DNA of 64,000 nt, from the NCBI RefSeq assembly GCF_000143415.4, contig NW_003314357.1:526644-590643 (forward strand). Reading direction: 5' to 3'. Position 1 is the stretch's first letter. Every line of letters begins with the position of its first letter. Shown here piece after piece: positions 46,999 through 63,156 of the stretch. The position numbers and the translations under genes are program-made. The DNA comes from Selaginella moellendorffii. Its lineage: Eukaryota; Plantae; Lycopodiophyta. The notes under the pieces are model-generated. The model did not search any database, was not told the origin of the DNA, and was given only the letters and a program-made list of their open reading frames with translations.

Positions 46999-47438
46999 CT
47001 AGAGCTCTAGAGTTTTCGGTGCCACCGCTTGGAGTAAAGGCGTTGCTGCTACTCTAGCCCACACTGCAAGAAGCACGAAACTTTAGAAAATCCACGCTCT
47101 GGAAATTTGTTTCGTCCTTACCACACATGAACGCTCCAAGCATTGCTCCAGCCTCGAATCCAAAACTGAAAAGAAAGAAAGCGGATCAATCGACTGGAGG
47201 ATGAAAATGCTGCTGCTGTTGCTTACCGCGGCTTGAAGAATCCTCGATCTTGCACATTTTCTTCTTCTTCTTCAACCTCGCGCTCAATTTCCTGGAGCGA
47301 TGGAGCGGCGGCGTCGGTGCAGTAGCCCTGGCGCTGCTTGTGACGGGGATTGCTCTTGCAGATCACGTAGAGGCGGCGGCCACGCCGCACGGAAATGCAA
47401 GCATCGCACAGCTTCTTCACGGACGCGCGGACTTTCAT
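46999..47438 (-). CDS. RPL36: Organellar (probably mitochondrial) ribosomal protein bL36 with spliced C-terminal extension
   Basis: [38 protein letters not shown] zinc ribbon; two downstream GT-AG introns join in frame to a stop at 46999. Confidence 0.85.
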
Positions 47439-47572
47439 CGCAGAACCCTAAATAAACCCTACCTTTTTGAGATTTTAAAGTTCTTCCATTTTCTCATTTG
47501 GAATTTCATCCGGCCAATCAGCGGCAAGAAAAATAGGGTTAGGGTTTCGCTTTCGCTCCCGCGACCGCAGCT

Positions 47573-50562
<2,990 letters not shown>

Positions 50563-50705
50563 CAAAATTTTCTTCTTTTTTTTTCCAGCGGAATAATCAA
50601 GGAATACTAAAGTTATAGATGGAAATAATAAACTTCTTAATTCAGCCCTTTTTAGCTATAAATACAGTGTCAGGGCATAGGATTAAACGAAGCTAGTTGT
50701 TTTTC

Positions 50706-51008
50706 ATGGCTATGGCGAATCGGTTGGCGATGAGGAAGGAGAGGGAGAGGAGAACGGAGGAGCGGAGGAAGCTGGAGAGGGCGCATAACTGGGAGGACGG
50801 CACTGATCCATGGGAGGACGAGGTCTTCTACAACGAGCGGATCAGGAATCTGTCCAAGAGAGTGACGAAAGCGCAGATCGATGCGGTCACGGCCAATTCG
50901 AGCCCAGATCACGCACGCATTCTTCGGGAGTGGTGCGAGCAGATGGATGCCCGCCTTGCTTCTAAAGGGGAGTGGCAGCCCCTTGGCGAGACTTCTAAGA
51001 ATTCTTAG
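50706..51008 (+). CDS. Small charged hypothetical protein (100 aa)
   Basis: GC-rich single-exon ORF with CTATAAATA about 45 nt upstream; no family recognised. Confidence 0.5.
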   Translation: MAMANRLAMRKERERRTEERRKLERAHNWEDGTDPWEDEVFYNERIRNLSKRVTKAQIDAVTANSSPDHARILREWCEQMDARLASKGEWQPLGETSKNS

Positions 51009-51401
51009 AATATCGACTGAAACTTTTACTGTAGTGGTAAGATCAACTAGAGCTGTCAGAGTGGTCTTGGTCTATTGTTGCATGACCAGCAATGCATTGC
51101 CTTGGAATGCAAGTGGAAATCGAGTGTTGAAAGTGGATGTTGGAGCTTGTTCCACGACAATTCAAGCGACTGGAGGGAGCCTTTTCAATCTGGGAAGAGC
51201 CAGAAAGACTCAATAATACGCGAAAGTGATCGACTCTAATAAAGAATAGGTTAACATACATCGACAAAAACTACTGAGAATCATGAACATGAAATGTTCT
51301 ATGGCAGAGGAATTCACATAAAACTGAGTGCACACATGGGCTATGGGCTGTGTGCTCTCTCAGAACTCGTGCAAAGAAGTGCTTCGTCCCTTCTCGCAGC
51401 T

Positions 51402-53303
51402 ATGGAGCTTATCCTGCAGTCCTGGAATGCTCTTTACTTCCTCGTGTTTCTACTCTCTTTGTGGCTGATCTCCCGCAAGTTCTACAAACCATCCACGATC
51501 AAACTCCCACCGGGAAGCCATGGCTGGCCCCTTGTCGGAGAATCTCTCTCTTTCTTTCGGGAATCCCCTCTAGACTTCCTCACTACTCGACGCAAGAGGT
51601 TCTGCTTTGCCTTTCGCTTAGATCTTGATAACCATACGATATCTACAGATTTGGAGGTGTTTTCTCAAGTAACTTGCTTGGATCTCCTACCATCGTCGCT
51701 ACAACGGTTGAGGCGGCCAAGTTCTTCCTCAGCTGCGCTGACTGTGGCCCCTCGGGCTTGTTTAGACGATTGATTGGGCCGAAAATTATTTCCGAAACCA
51801 TCGGGAGTGAGCATGCGCTCTACCGGAGAATTGTGCTGGGGATGATGGTTCCAGAGACGCTCAAGCACCATGTGGAGACGATTGATAACTTGGCTCAGGA
51901 GATTCTGGAGTCGTGGGGGTCGAAGAAGACGGTAACGGTGATGGAAGAAACTCTCAAGGTTTGATCACATTGCATGCCGGGTTGATGCTTGATCTGATTA
52001 TATACATTTGACTTTGCCAGTTTAGCTATTGCGCGGTGATTGGATTCGTGTGCCAGAAACTCCTGCCTTCCACTCCGGAGATGATCGATCTCATGCGAGA
52101 CGTCCAAGCCTTGGTGACAGGAATGCTCCAGTTTCCAATCGACATACCCTTCACACCTTATCGCAAAGCATTGCAGGTTTTTGACTTATATTATTTGTGG
52201 TTTTGATCTTTCTAGTTCTTGATTCGATCAGGCCAGGGCGAGGCTCCACACGTTCTTGGATGGGCTCATCAACGAGAGAAGGGCGCTATTAGGTGCCAAG
52301 GGCGAGAGGCACAAAGACGCGCTGGACGAGTTCATCATGCACAAAGATGACAAGGTTGGAATCCTCTCAAATCAACAAGTGGAAGACAATCTCACGGCAC
52401 TGCTGTTGGGAGGCCACGATACCACAGCTCTTGCTCTTTTGTGGCTGATCAAGTACTTACATGAGAACCCACAAGCTTTCAGGGAAGTAGAGGTAACCAT
52501 TTCCATTGTCATTAGTAGAGTGTTATTACTGTTTAAATTTGTCCTATTCCCAGGAGGAGCAAAGGAGAATCTTTGTCAAGAAAGGCTCCAGAAAGTATAA
52601 GCTAACTTGGGAAGACACAAAACAGATGTTAGCCACTTTAAGGGTTGTACTACACATTTTCTTATATTAAATTTGAGTTTTTTTTTTGTTCTTTTTTGTT
52701 CGTTTTTTGCAGGCTGTCGATGAGACTCTGAGGCTTTCTAATATTGTTGGGATGGTAACACGTAAAATCACCAAGGACATCAGCTACAATGGTTTGATTA
52801 CAAGTGATTGAAGCTAATTCCAATTGTTATCTACTTTCATGGTGTTACACAGGTTATACCTTGCCCAAGGATTGGCAGGTTCAAGTTCATATGTCAGCAA
52901 TCCATTTAGATGAGAGTATTTACCCCAATGCAACAAAATTTGATCCATCCAGATTTGAAGTATGGCATTTGTCATGTTTATACTGACCAAGCCTTTTTAT
53001 TTTCTTCCATCAGGTCCCAGCTAAAACTGGCACATTTATTCCATTTAGCTATGGACAGAGGATATGCCCAGGAAGTGCACTTGTTAAGTTAGAGCTATGC
53101 GTTTTCATACACAGGCTTATCACAAAATACAGGTATTTCCTTTTCCTCCTCTTTTTTTGTTGCCCTTTGTCTTTCAAAAATTCTAACAAATTGTAATTTT
53201 TGAATGAAGATGGGAGCCAGTGAATCCGACTAGTACAATAAGCTACTGGCCAATGCCCAGAGTGAAAGATGGATACCTCATACGAGCTATGTCCATCCAG
53301 TAA
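51402..53303 (+). CDS. Cytochrome P450, CYP85 clan, multi-exon
   Basis: TM anchor + LPPGSHGWPLVGESL, I-helix GGHDTT, ETLR, FDPSRFE, heme motif FSYGQRICPG. Confidence 0.9.
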
Positions 53304-56229
53304 ATAAATAACAAGAAATAGCTGATATTTAGGCAGGGCTTGATCGCATGCCGGATGTGTTTAGGGAATGCAATGCGAGTTTAGGCACAGTAAGGTCGCG
53401 AGATTAAATCCCCGCGACTCAGGAACTCACCCGTGTCATCCCGTGAGTTCTCAGGGTTTTTCTCGAGAGACACAATGGTCTTTCTTTGAGAGATAGAATG
53501 GTGTTTTTCTTTCTTTGCTGATAACTTGGCATTCGATATCTCGCAGCCTCTGGAAGTGTCTGAGGAGGAGAATCCCAGCTCCAATTCTCGAGTCCCCTGT
53601 TACTTCTACAGAGAAGCGGCCCGGACGAGCATCCACACCAAGTCCAGGTTGAAACTCCGGAAGAACACGACCACGAGTGGCCGATGGGAGGCAGCTCCCC
53701 CGACTTCGACGACGTAGATCCCGGAGCCCAGCAGGACTTCTACTCGGACGATGGTCGATCCAGTAAATGGCTACGAGCGAGGAGCTTTCCAAAACGGCAC
53801 CAGCGCTGGCACACGGGACAGCTTCAACGAGTACAAGCCTTACGATCCATCGTATCAACCGTCGCTCCCTTATGACTGCATGATCAGCTCGTCCAGAGCA
53901 GCGGATTGATCCCGAGTTGGAAGCTCTTCTCATGGCCAGGAACTTGGAGGGACTAAACCGAGGGAGGCTCGAGGACCGGCTGGTGTTTCCGAGAGGGAAC
54001 CACAAGAGCCTCTTTGCCGGGAACCGCCTAGAACTTTTCAACGGCATCAGCTTCAAGTTTCTCAACCATCAGCTTCAAGTTTCTCAGCGAGATTGTAGTT
54101 GACAACCTCGAGTTGGGAGCGTAGAGCTGAACTCTCCCTGAAACTTGTTTGAAGAGAGATCCAAGTAAGCCAAGCTAGTGAAGGAACTTCACTGTTCAGG
54201 GCTACTGAAGATTAATTAATTAATGACTAACTAGCAGGGATCCCAGCTCCGCTGGAAAAAAGTAAAGAATGTTTTCAATATGAAAAAATGCAATCATACA
54301 TACTTTGGGTTAGAACAACACATTTAAAAAAAATAAAATAATAGAACAATGACTTATGATGTTCGTCACTGCACAGAAACTTTGCAGGTGCAAAATGCAG
54401 CTTCAGCACTTGCATCCACTCTAGCCGTGTCAAAGAGGGGAAGAAATTATTGGCAAAGATCCTGGGATTATCCTTTTCTAAGTTTGGTAGTTGACAATTT
54501 GTCAAAAAAGAATGGGAGAGTCTCTCTTTGCATTCTCCCCACCACCAGTAAGTCTTTTAGCAATTCAATGAGCTCTTCATTAGTCTTTGCAACTAAGTTG
54601 ATTAAGAATACCTTCAAAACCAAGAGAAAGAGTATACATCTATAAGTTCAATTACCAGATTCTGGCAACCAGCTCTGGACTCTCAAGAATCTAGAAAAAA
54701 AAAACCTTCACTTACTTCTGTTGTCACTACTCCTGTAAAGGGTCATAGTCTAAACTCCAATCATGAAATTAAGAAGTTCTTTGATGCAACTTGTCTGATC
54801 AGAAAACATTAGAAGAGGATTGTTATGGCCCAAGTGTTGTCGAAGTTGGGCGGCTCAGAAAGGTTGCACAAGTCACTTAGTTCCGGAGGTAGATCCTCTT
54901 GTTATATGGCACCACAAACACAATGGTCATCTGGATGCTTGTCTTACTCTTTGCATTTTTTTTGAACAATGCTTCAAGGTACAACTGGAGAAATTTGCTA
55001 GAGATGCTCATCTTATACATATTATATGTTATGTAAATCTGTCTATTCTTTAATTCTTTTAAAGGCATCTCGTTTGTTCTCACTCATCACGTACTATTGA
55101 TGATGGAAGTGAGGCATGGGAGGCCACTATGTGTAGCTCCAAGACATGTGTCATACTAACCTTCCCTAAGTTGCATGAGTAGTTGATGTTTCACATATAT
55201 CTTAGTATTATCTGGTGCACTGAAACAAAGTGGCATTGACAATGAGGTAGCCAATGAACTTACATGTGACTTAAGTTGTGTAGACCGGGAAAAAATGGTG
55301 AAAGAAATCTATCCAAGAGCTTTTAACTCACGATCCAATTTTAACAGCAATCCAGGTGGCTTGAAGTACTTGTTTGTTGTGATCACAACTTTCTCAAGCA
55401 GAGAATTTGAATTATCTGAGAAGAATCTGAGTAGTCATCTGGCTTGATGGGACAACACATTTGCAGTTGAAAATAACAGGAACAAATGTGATGAATTTAA
55501 CTATGTTCTATGCCTCGTAGATCTTATTAGTGAAGCCCTCTAAAGCAAGGCCAAGGCCTATTCTCTGTGTTGTATTTATCCTGAAATCCTGACATAAGAA
55601 CAAAGTCAGATTCCAAAAACTTTTACTGAGTTTGACACGGCAGCATTGTTTTCTACACGCCTGGGAGTGACCCTCTCCTTCTCTAAGCCACACATCCACC
55701 AGGCTCCCACACAACTTAAGCACCATGGAGAGGCTTATGGCAAAACCATCACAAACAAACAACTCCAGAACCACCTCCTTGCCAATCCCAGCATCAGTGA
55801 CATCTATGACACAGCACTGTGGCAAGCCATCTTGTCAAAGCTGGCTGAGAATCCACCAAGTTTCCACATTTCATGTACATGCCTTGTTTATCAATTTTTC
55901 TTATACTATATACCATTGGATGCATTAGAATCAATTTTGGCTTGTCTTTACGAATGTTAACAGTTAGAATGAACACTACATTACTGAAATCAATGCCATG
56001 AACCACTAAAATAGTGACTCGTCTTTTAAATCTGCTATGTAAACCTGTGAAAAAAAAACTAAAGAAACTACCTGATGCAAACACAGAGTGCAGCTTGTTT
56101 TGTATCAGCTTAAGTTCTTATTCCTCATCATACCACGGGTCTGCTGCTCACACCACTCTGATAACCGAGCCCAGTGATCGATCTCTCCAAGAACATCCTC
56201 TTGTTAAATCCATCAAACTCGCAGTTTCC

Positions 56230-57760
56230 ACCTGTGAGTAGAATCATCCCATCCATAACTCGGCTGACGAGTTAGTTTGGCACTCTCCTCATGGCAATGG
56301 ATGCCATTTCTCCCACTTCTACCTGATCTACAGGCTGGAAGAATATCTCTGAATCGTTCCACACCAAGTACTATTTGGTAGTCCTTCTCAGTAAGAGGCC
56401 GTTGTATTACAAACTCTGGCACTATTTCCTGCAGTCCGGGTGGTGGTGCTGAAGTATATGAAAGATCAATTTCCTGGAAGTAAAGCAGTTAGAAAGGGAA
56501 AAGAAAAGTAGTGACGAAAGTGATATACCTTGAGTTTCGAGGTTAGACGACTGAGTTCTGCTTCATCTTCATCTACATCTTCTTCTACTTCTTCTTTGTA
56601 GTCTCTGTCCATTTGCTTGTACATATGCCAGTCCTCATCATTCATGCCAAAAGTATCTTCGTCCAAAGGTTGCTTGCATTAAGAGTTTCATTTGTTCTCT
56701 CTACACGGCAGTCAGCCTTTCACTTTTGACCGTGAGTCTGCAACTACAGTACCATGGCCGTTGGTTGTGCAAACTTTCTGCTGTTTTCTTTGGTCTACCT
56801 TTGTTGAAACTTCACAATGCCTGGCCTTCAACTCCTCTAGATACTTCTCCAGGTTTTCCTATGATGAGAAAGAGTTGTAAATATTTAGAAAGAAAAAGAT
56901 GTAAAAGATGTACAAGCGATACTCTTCTTCCATTTGTTGCTTGTGCTCTCTCTGCAGGGACTCTTCTTAACATCTTTGCCTTGCTCGAATGTGTCTATCA
57001 AGTGCACGATCCCGATTTTTTGGGTTTTCTGCCAGTGGTGCTGTTGTTTTTAAAAAAATCTTTGCTTTCTTTTTCGCTTCAATTGCCAATGCCAAGCACA
57101 CAACAGCTGACAAAAAGAAAATTTGATATACACAACTGTTCCTTGAATAAAAGGCTTTCTGCATTTTCGAGCAGAGGGTACTTTTGTGATGCTAGAATGT
57201 CACCACTATTCACTATCTTTTAACACCTTAATGCTTTCTCCGTTAGCTTTACATATACTACTTCAATCAGTCTAGATCCCGAAAAAGGTTCTTCAAGTAT
57301 TCCGCCTCATTTTCTAAATAAATAAGCTTTGAGGATAGTTTTGCTGCTGCCATTTCTTGAAGCCGCTATCACTGCTTTTCTCTCAAAGCTGCCAGTTCAT
57401 CCTCCCCAGGCTGCTCTTTTTCAGGTGGCAGTATCCATGGCACCTACCACCATCTCGTTTTCACTAATGCCTAGGGAGATTATAACTGATGAAATAAATT
57501 GCTACAACATTGACACACCGAACTGCTTACCTAAAATAGTTTTAGCTCTGCAGTATAGTCAACTGTAATGCAGCTATTCTCTGTTTTTCAAAAACCACAT
57601 GTGGTAGTTATGCTATATTCAATCAAATCGCTATGGACTTACAGATATTGAAGGCACAAAAAGCACTTTAGATAATCAGAGACATGAAAGCCTCCTACCG
57701 ATTTTCTGCAGCATACTTCCATAATAGGCTCCTTAATAGATATCTGACACAATACGAGTT
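56230..57760 (-). pseudogene. Actin-related protein 5 (ARP5, INO80 complex) fragment
   Basis: GGFHVSDYLK, KTRWW*VPWILPP...REKQ**RLQEMAAAK (in-frame stops), DTFGMNDEDWHMYK, RPLTEKDYQIVLGVERFR; introns retained. Confidence 0.8.
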
Positions 57761-57874
57761 TTGAACTTACAACAAAAGCAAAAACTAACAGAGAAACCAT
57801 CAGTGTATTGGTATAATATGAGTTGTAGCAAACAAGTATACCATCAGAATTGCACGTGTGTGTGTGCATGCACT

Positions 57875-57888
57875 CACACACACACACA

Positions 57889-57920
<32 letters not shown>

Positions 57921-57930
57921 GAGAGAGAGC
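57875..57930. repeat. (CA)n(GA)n microsatellite
   Basis: Seen directly; a similar compound repeat lies at about 62915-62955. Confidence 0.9.
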
Positions 57931-58050
57931 ACGCACCTGTCCAGTCAATTACAGTGTCAATCCATAAGGGTGCGAGAACTGGATTGCTGGCCGCGATGGT
58001 GGCAAAATCCAGCACCGCCGGCTTGATCCCTGCGATCCAATATTTGGACT

Positions 58051-59291
58051 NNNNNNNNNNNNNNNNNNNNNNNNNNNNNNNNNNNNNNNNNNNNNNNNNN
58101 NNNNNNNNNNNNNNNNNNNNNNNNNNNNNNNNNNNNNNNNNNNNNNNNNNCCACCTGTGACTGAATAGACTTGCCATTGTAATCTGAAATCCGGCTGCCC
58201 TTCAGGCATACAGTAGGCTTCTGCCCTCGTCCAGGTTTCTCCTCGATTTCTGAACCTTCATCTTCGGCCTTTGAATCCCACAGACACATGTCTATACTGT
58301 GGCCTGATTCATCACTCAAAGAAAGCATCCTCCTTCTCATGAATGCTCCAGAATCCTTAGGAGAAATGTTTGTCTATTCCACATTACACCACCAATCACG
58401 TCTATAAATGTCTCTTGGCCGAGCTTAGAAGCATCTAAAACACTCATTCTATTAAGAACAACATTTGGAATACGTAGATCGTCCTCTACACACTTGATCT
58501 CCATAGTCTTGCTTGCTTTTATCTCCCAATTTGATTTATATGGTGTATATGCTGGTTTAGAGTGTTGTATACCACTGTTCCCTGAAAATATATACACACT
58601 GCCTTGCTTAATCTCCCTTGAAAGATGCTTTGCATTCTCACCAAACCCAGCAATATATATTTTGGAACTTTATGCATTGTCAACATCAACTGACATAACA
58701 CANNNNNNNNNNNNNNNNNNNNNNNNNNNNNNNNNNNNNNNNNNNNNNNNNNNNNNNNNNNNNNNNNNNNNNNNNNNNNNNNNNNNNNNNNNNNNNNNNN
58801 NNNNNNNNNNNNNNNNNNNNNNNNNNNNNNNNNNNNNNNNNNNNNNNNNNNNNNNNNNNNNNNNNNNNNNNNNNNNNNNNNNNNNNNNNNNNNNNNNNNN
58901 NNNNNNNNNNNNNNNNNNNNNNNNNNNNNNNNNNNNNNNNNNNNNNNNNNNNNNNNNNNNNNNNNNNNNNNNNNNNNNNNNNNNNNNNNNNNNNNNNNNN
59001 NNNNNNNNNNNNNNNNNNNNNNNNNNNNNNNNNNNNNNNNNNNNNNNNNNNNNNNNNNNNNNNNNNNNNNNNNNNNNNNNNNNNNNNNNNNNNNNNNNNN
59101 NNNNNNNNNNNNNNNNNNNNNNNNNNNNNNNNNNNNNNNNNNNNNNNNNNNNNNNNNNNNNNNNNNNNNNNNNNNNNNNNNNNNNNNNNNNNNNNNNNNN
59201 NNNNNNNNNNNNNNNNNNNNNNNNNNNNNNNNNNNNNNNNNNNNNNNNNNNNNNNNNNNNNNNNNNNNNNNNNNNNNNNNNNNNNNNNNNN
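58051..59291. other. Two assembly gaps (N runs 58051-58150 and 58703-59291)
   Basis: N characters in sequence. Confidence 0.99.
58151..58702 (-). pseudogene. RPA70/RPA1-like OB-fold fragment
   Basis: YTPYKSNWEI, FIDVIG, RRMLSLSDESGHSIDMCLWD, LKGSRISDYNGKS match RPA1 DBD-A/B patterns; frameshifted. Confidence 0.72.
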
Positions 59292-59774
59292 GTAGAGTAT
59301 GTCATAATCCATGAGTTTTTTTCACGAACGTGCCTCAACAATCCACACACAGCAGGCCTGTATATTTGATTGGAGTATATGAAGCAGTGTGATCCATGCA
59401 ATGCAATTATACACATCTCTTTCCAGGTATGTAATACATTAGTGGGAGAATTAGGAATGTTTGTAAACAGCTGATTTACAAACCTTCTGATGTTGAAAGG
59501 TTAGGAATATATTCAATGGAATCGTTGCCCCCATCAATGAAAGTTCCCATGTAAGTCAATGCTTGAAGTGCCTAAAAAAAGATAAACAAATCACAAACTT
59601 TAATGAGCATATCACCTCAAGTGCTGGGTTCTTTCAAATGTTCCCCTGCAAAGATCCAGTGCATTGTTCTAGACTCTAACAATTTCTGCATAAAAGCTTC
59701 AGATGCTTCAACATCAGAAATCAAAGAGTAAAGGCACAGATGTAAAGGCAAAGGTTTATTTTTTTTAAGGAATG

Positions 59775-60075
59775 TCAAAGTTCCTTTGTTCCATACAGTT
59801 GATCAACAAAATGCGAAGGTATAGCTACTTGGAACGTGTCTTGTCCAAGGTGAAGCTGGCCCTTTAGCGTGATGTGTTCCTTTATAGGTCCTGCATATTT
59901 ACATATTTTACATATTGCTTCATCTTTAGAAGTTTGTTGCAATCTTGATCCGCAGCATAATGAACAAACTGTGTGTATAAAAACTGGACAGAGCTTATCT
60001 ACTTCAAAGTATCCAGGTATCTGCAAAACAACGTGTATTTAATATGGGCTTGTTTCATTTCCTTTCGCACTTACC
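59775..60075 (-). pseudogene. OB-fold/zinc-ribbon fragment resembling an RPA1 C-terminal domain
   Basis: CSLCC...CKIC cysteine pairs flanked by beta-strand-like sequence; adjacent to the RPA1 fragment. Confidence 0.35.
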
Positions 60076-60859
60076 CCTGTGCATTCCCTTGCAATATTCC
60101 GAAAAAGTCCCAGCTACGCTGGGAGCATAGTGCATTGTATACATTGTACATTGTATACATAGAATATTGCATTCCCTTGCAATATTCCGAAAAACAGAGT
60201 CAAGGAATTATTTTGGCATCATCTATTACACATGAAACAATGCTCATGCCTGTGACATTTGCTCTCTTGAAATAACCGTCTCCTTGTAAATTAATGAAAC
60301 ATCTTGTTGGTGGAGTTCCAGAAAAACATTCATTCATCAACTCTTTGAATAATTCCATTATGTTGCCATGGAATTTGAGCTGCCATCATATAGATTATTG
60401 TCAGGGATCCACATGCTATATTGAACTTACTATATCATATCAGACTCGTTGATGTTATCTGTTATTGTGAGTTGACCACTGTTGTAGCCTATATCATTGA
60501 TACTCACTACAACACCTTCAACAGAACCTACAGAGTCTCGGCCTCTACATGACTCCACAAAGTTTGCAATGCTGATAGTTGGTACAGACAGACGAAATTG
60601 TGGCACTATAAGCTATTACCTAAAAGCTTACGTTTTCTTCCTAGCATAATAGATGCTCATCATTGTGGTGGGTCAATAAAAAGAGGAGATGCACTGGGTT
60701 GGAACTCAAGTCATCATGTTGTTTCGCATTTCTCTAGCATGACTCCACATTCAAATATATATAGCCACAGATACCACCTACTCAAAAATAAACTGGAGAT
60801 AACCATAAAGGAAGTGCATAGAAAGAAAAATAGGCAGCTAGCCTCTTCCCACTCTTTCA

Positions 60860-61612
60860 TGCACTGTGGTCCATGCACTGTGTGCGAGTGGAATCCCGAA
60901 TGGGACAGCCTTTTGCCCGATGAGCAGGCCAGGCTCAAGGCTCGGCAGGGCGTGAAATACGTTTGCCTCGATGGCTTACAGGTGCTCAACTCCGAGCTAG
61001 CAAGCAAAAAAATTTAGCAGAAGCAGCGAGCGAGTAAGGAGTGACGAAGAACCAAACAAATAAGACAAATACATTATCAGAGATGAAACTCTAGAACCGG
61101 TTGCCAAGGACGGTGTCACCATTGGCGAAGTTTGCATACGTGGGAACATGGTGTTCAAGGGATACTTGAACAATCCAGACTCTGGGGACTTGGCAGTTTG
61201 GCATCCCAATGGATACATCAAGATCAAGGATCGAGCCAAGGATATTATCATTTCTGGAGGGGAGAACATTAGCAGCCTGGAAGTGGAGAGCATCTTGTAC
61301 AGGTAAAAGGAGAGTTTTTCCTTCTTTGTTTCTTGTTAAAGTTTGCTTCTTTTTCATCCAGGCATCCAGCAGTGTTGGAAGCTGCTGTGGTGGCGCAGCC
61401 AGATGAGCAGTGGTCCATGTGCGTTTGTGTCCCTCAAGCACGGCGTGAGAAGCAACAAGGAGGAGATACTCTTGTTGTATCGACAGCATTTACCGAAGTT
61501 CATGGTGCCAAAGAGCATCGTCATTCTCACAGCCTTGGACAAAACTGCGACTGGCAAGATCCAAAAACAGGTGCTGTGCAGCAAAGCAAGAGCTCTTGGC
61601 AGTGTCAAGTAA
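60860..61612 (+). pseudogene. Acyl-activating enzyme (AAE1/AAE7-like) 3' fragment
   Basis: [87 protein letters not shown]; internal deletions and no 5' half. Confidence 0.85.
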
Positions 61613-61639
61613 ATCAGCAAGCTCTACAAGCCAACTATT

Positions 61640-62610
61640 GAACTTGTAAAGCTTGAAATCGTTCATGGCCTGGAAAATCCCCAATCTAGCCTGGCAATTT
61701 TAAATCGGTCAGCTACTGTCCGTCCGTTGTAATGTACTGGAATGAAAAATAAATAAGTAACATGCAAGAACCAAGAACGCAATTCATCTACCTCAAACAG
61801 TAGCTTTGTCTTATCAGCTGTCACTCTTGCATATCCAAATGCCGACCTTCGAATCAAGCTCCATGAACTAAACTGTCGACAAAAAAAATAGAAAAGGTAG
61901 AATATCAATACCATATAAAGAGCTTGAATATAGGAAACAAAGCTGCAAGCTTACATTATGAGGGAAGTCATCCAAGGTGAATTCAGCCATGCCAACCACG
62001 GTGTGAACTGGAGCTGAGTAAATTGTAGTGTCAAAGAAATCGACGCCTGCTAAATCCTTGATCGGGTGCTGCAGGCAGCGCCCTGAAACACAGCACAAGT
62101 TCGCAGGTAATTGTGAACATGCCCCCACACTGCTAAATCAACCTGTGCAAAAAAAAAAAGAAAAAAGAAAAAAGACAGTTTCATTCTAGTTTTCCCTTTG
62201 AAGAGCTCGTGTTTTACCTTGTTTCTCAAGAGCAATGGTTCCACAGCTGCTACAAATTTCGGATCCACACCTGGTAAAGTTTAGAAATAAATCCCCCGCA
62301 GTTGAGTGGAGTACATAGGTCGATGACTGAAAGAAAAATAGCACACATGAGTTTACAGAATGAAAATGTGAATAAAAACAGTTACCCTGTGAAAACTATC
62401 CATGGTGTACTGAATCTGCCGACAGATTCAAGGTCAGATTTCATCCAAGCGTACTGTAGAAGAAGGTTTCGTTGAAGGAAAGATGAAAAGAATAAGAATG
62501 CATACTTGTTCGCTGGTCGAGCTCCAGTCATGTTCTGTAGAGATGACTGTGAAATGCATGGGGCCAATAGCCATGGAGCCGTGGAGCTGTGGCTGTCCCG
62601 AGGAGAAGTA
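61640..62610 (-). pseudogene. Purple acid phosphatase (nucleotide pyrophosphatase type) 3' fragment
   Basis: GPMHFTVISTEHDW, TPWIVFTG|HRPMY, VDLAVWGHVHNY.RTCAV, PVHTVVGMA, FGYARV; frameshift and missing N-terminus. Confidence 0.85.
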
Positions 62611-63156
62611 CAGGGACGAAAATTTCTTTTTTTTCTCTTGGTTCCAGCCTCGAGCACCTGGCACAAACAGGAACTTTAAGCCTCGAAAGAGAATAGCAAA
62701 AAGCAAGAGAGTGAAAAACCTTGATTCTAGTCGTGGTTCCAGCCTCGAGAACCTGGAACAAACAGGGGCTTGAGAGTCTCGAAAAAAGACTGTCATTTTT
62801 CCGGCGCATGGCCATTGACAACGGTTTCCTGAGCTTTTCAATCGGTAGCAGCTTCAGATCTTCACGTACAGCTGACTGTAGCTCTGAGGTGCTCTGCAAT
62901 GAAGACCGCATCAAACACACACACACACAGAGACAGAGAGAGAGAGAGAGAGAGAGTACCTTCCCACAAGCGATGATCGACGCTCTCTCCTCGTGCTCAC
63001 GCACCCTAAAAGACAATTAAAAGTTTTTATGATCCCAAAAGTCACGACTCCCCATTGTTTAATCTCAGCCGTTAGATTTTGGCATATGCCCAGAATAAGT
63101 GACGCCAGCATATACTATTATTATACCGGCTCTTTCGTTTAAATATATGAGTATGA

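Larger units (their letters stand above)
54231..63156 (-). mobile_element. Composite Helitron-like tract with captured gene fragments; 3' terminus at 54231, 5' boundary unresolved
   Basis: Minus-strand hairpin (54241-54257) followed by CTAG|T at 54234-54230; related internal hairpin 60108-60124; RPA-like and host gene fragments inside. Confidence 0.6.

Noticed and set aside
53500-54120. Coding-like GC-rich stretch with broken frames
   Set aside because: Probably a decayed gene fragment, but no family could be assigned.
54800-55080. VVPYNK peptide as a Helitron RepHel remnant
   Set aside because: Too short, and flanking Rep motifs were not found.
57800-59416. ORFs containing X runs
   Set aside because: Artefacts of assembly gaps.
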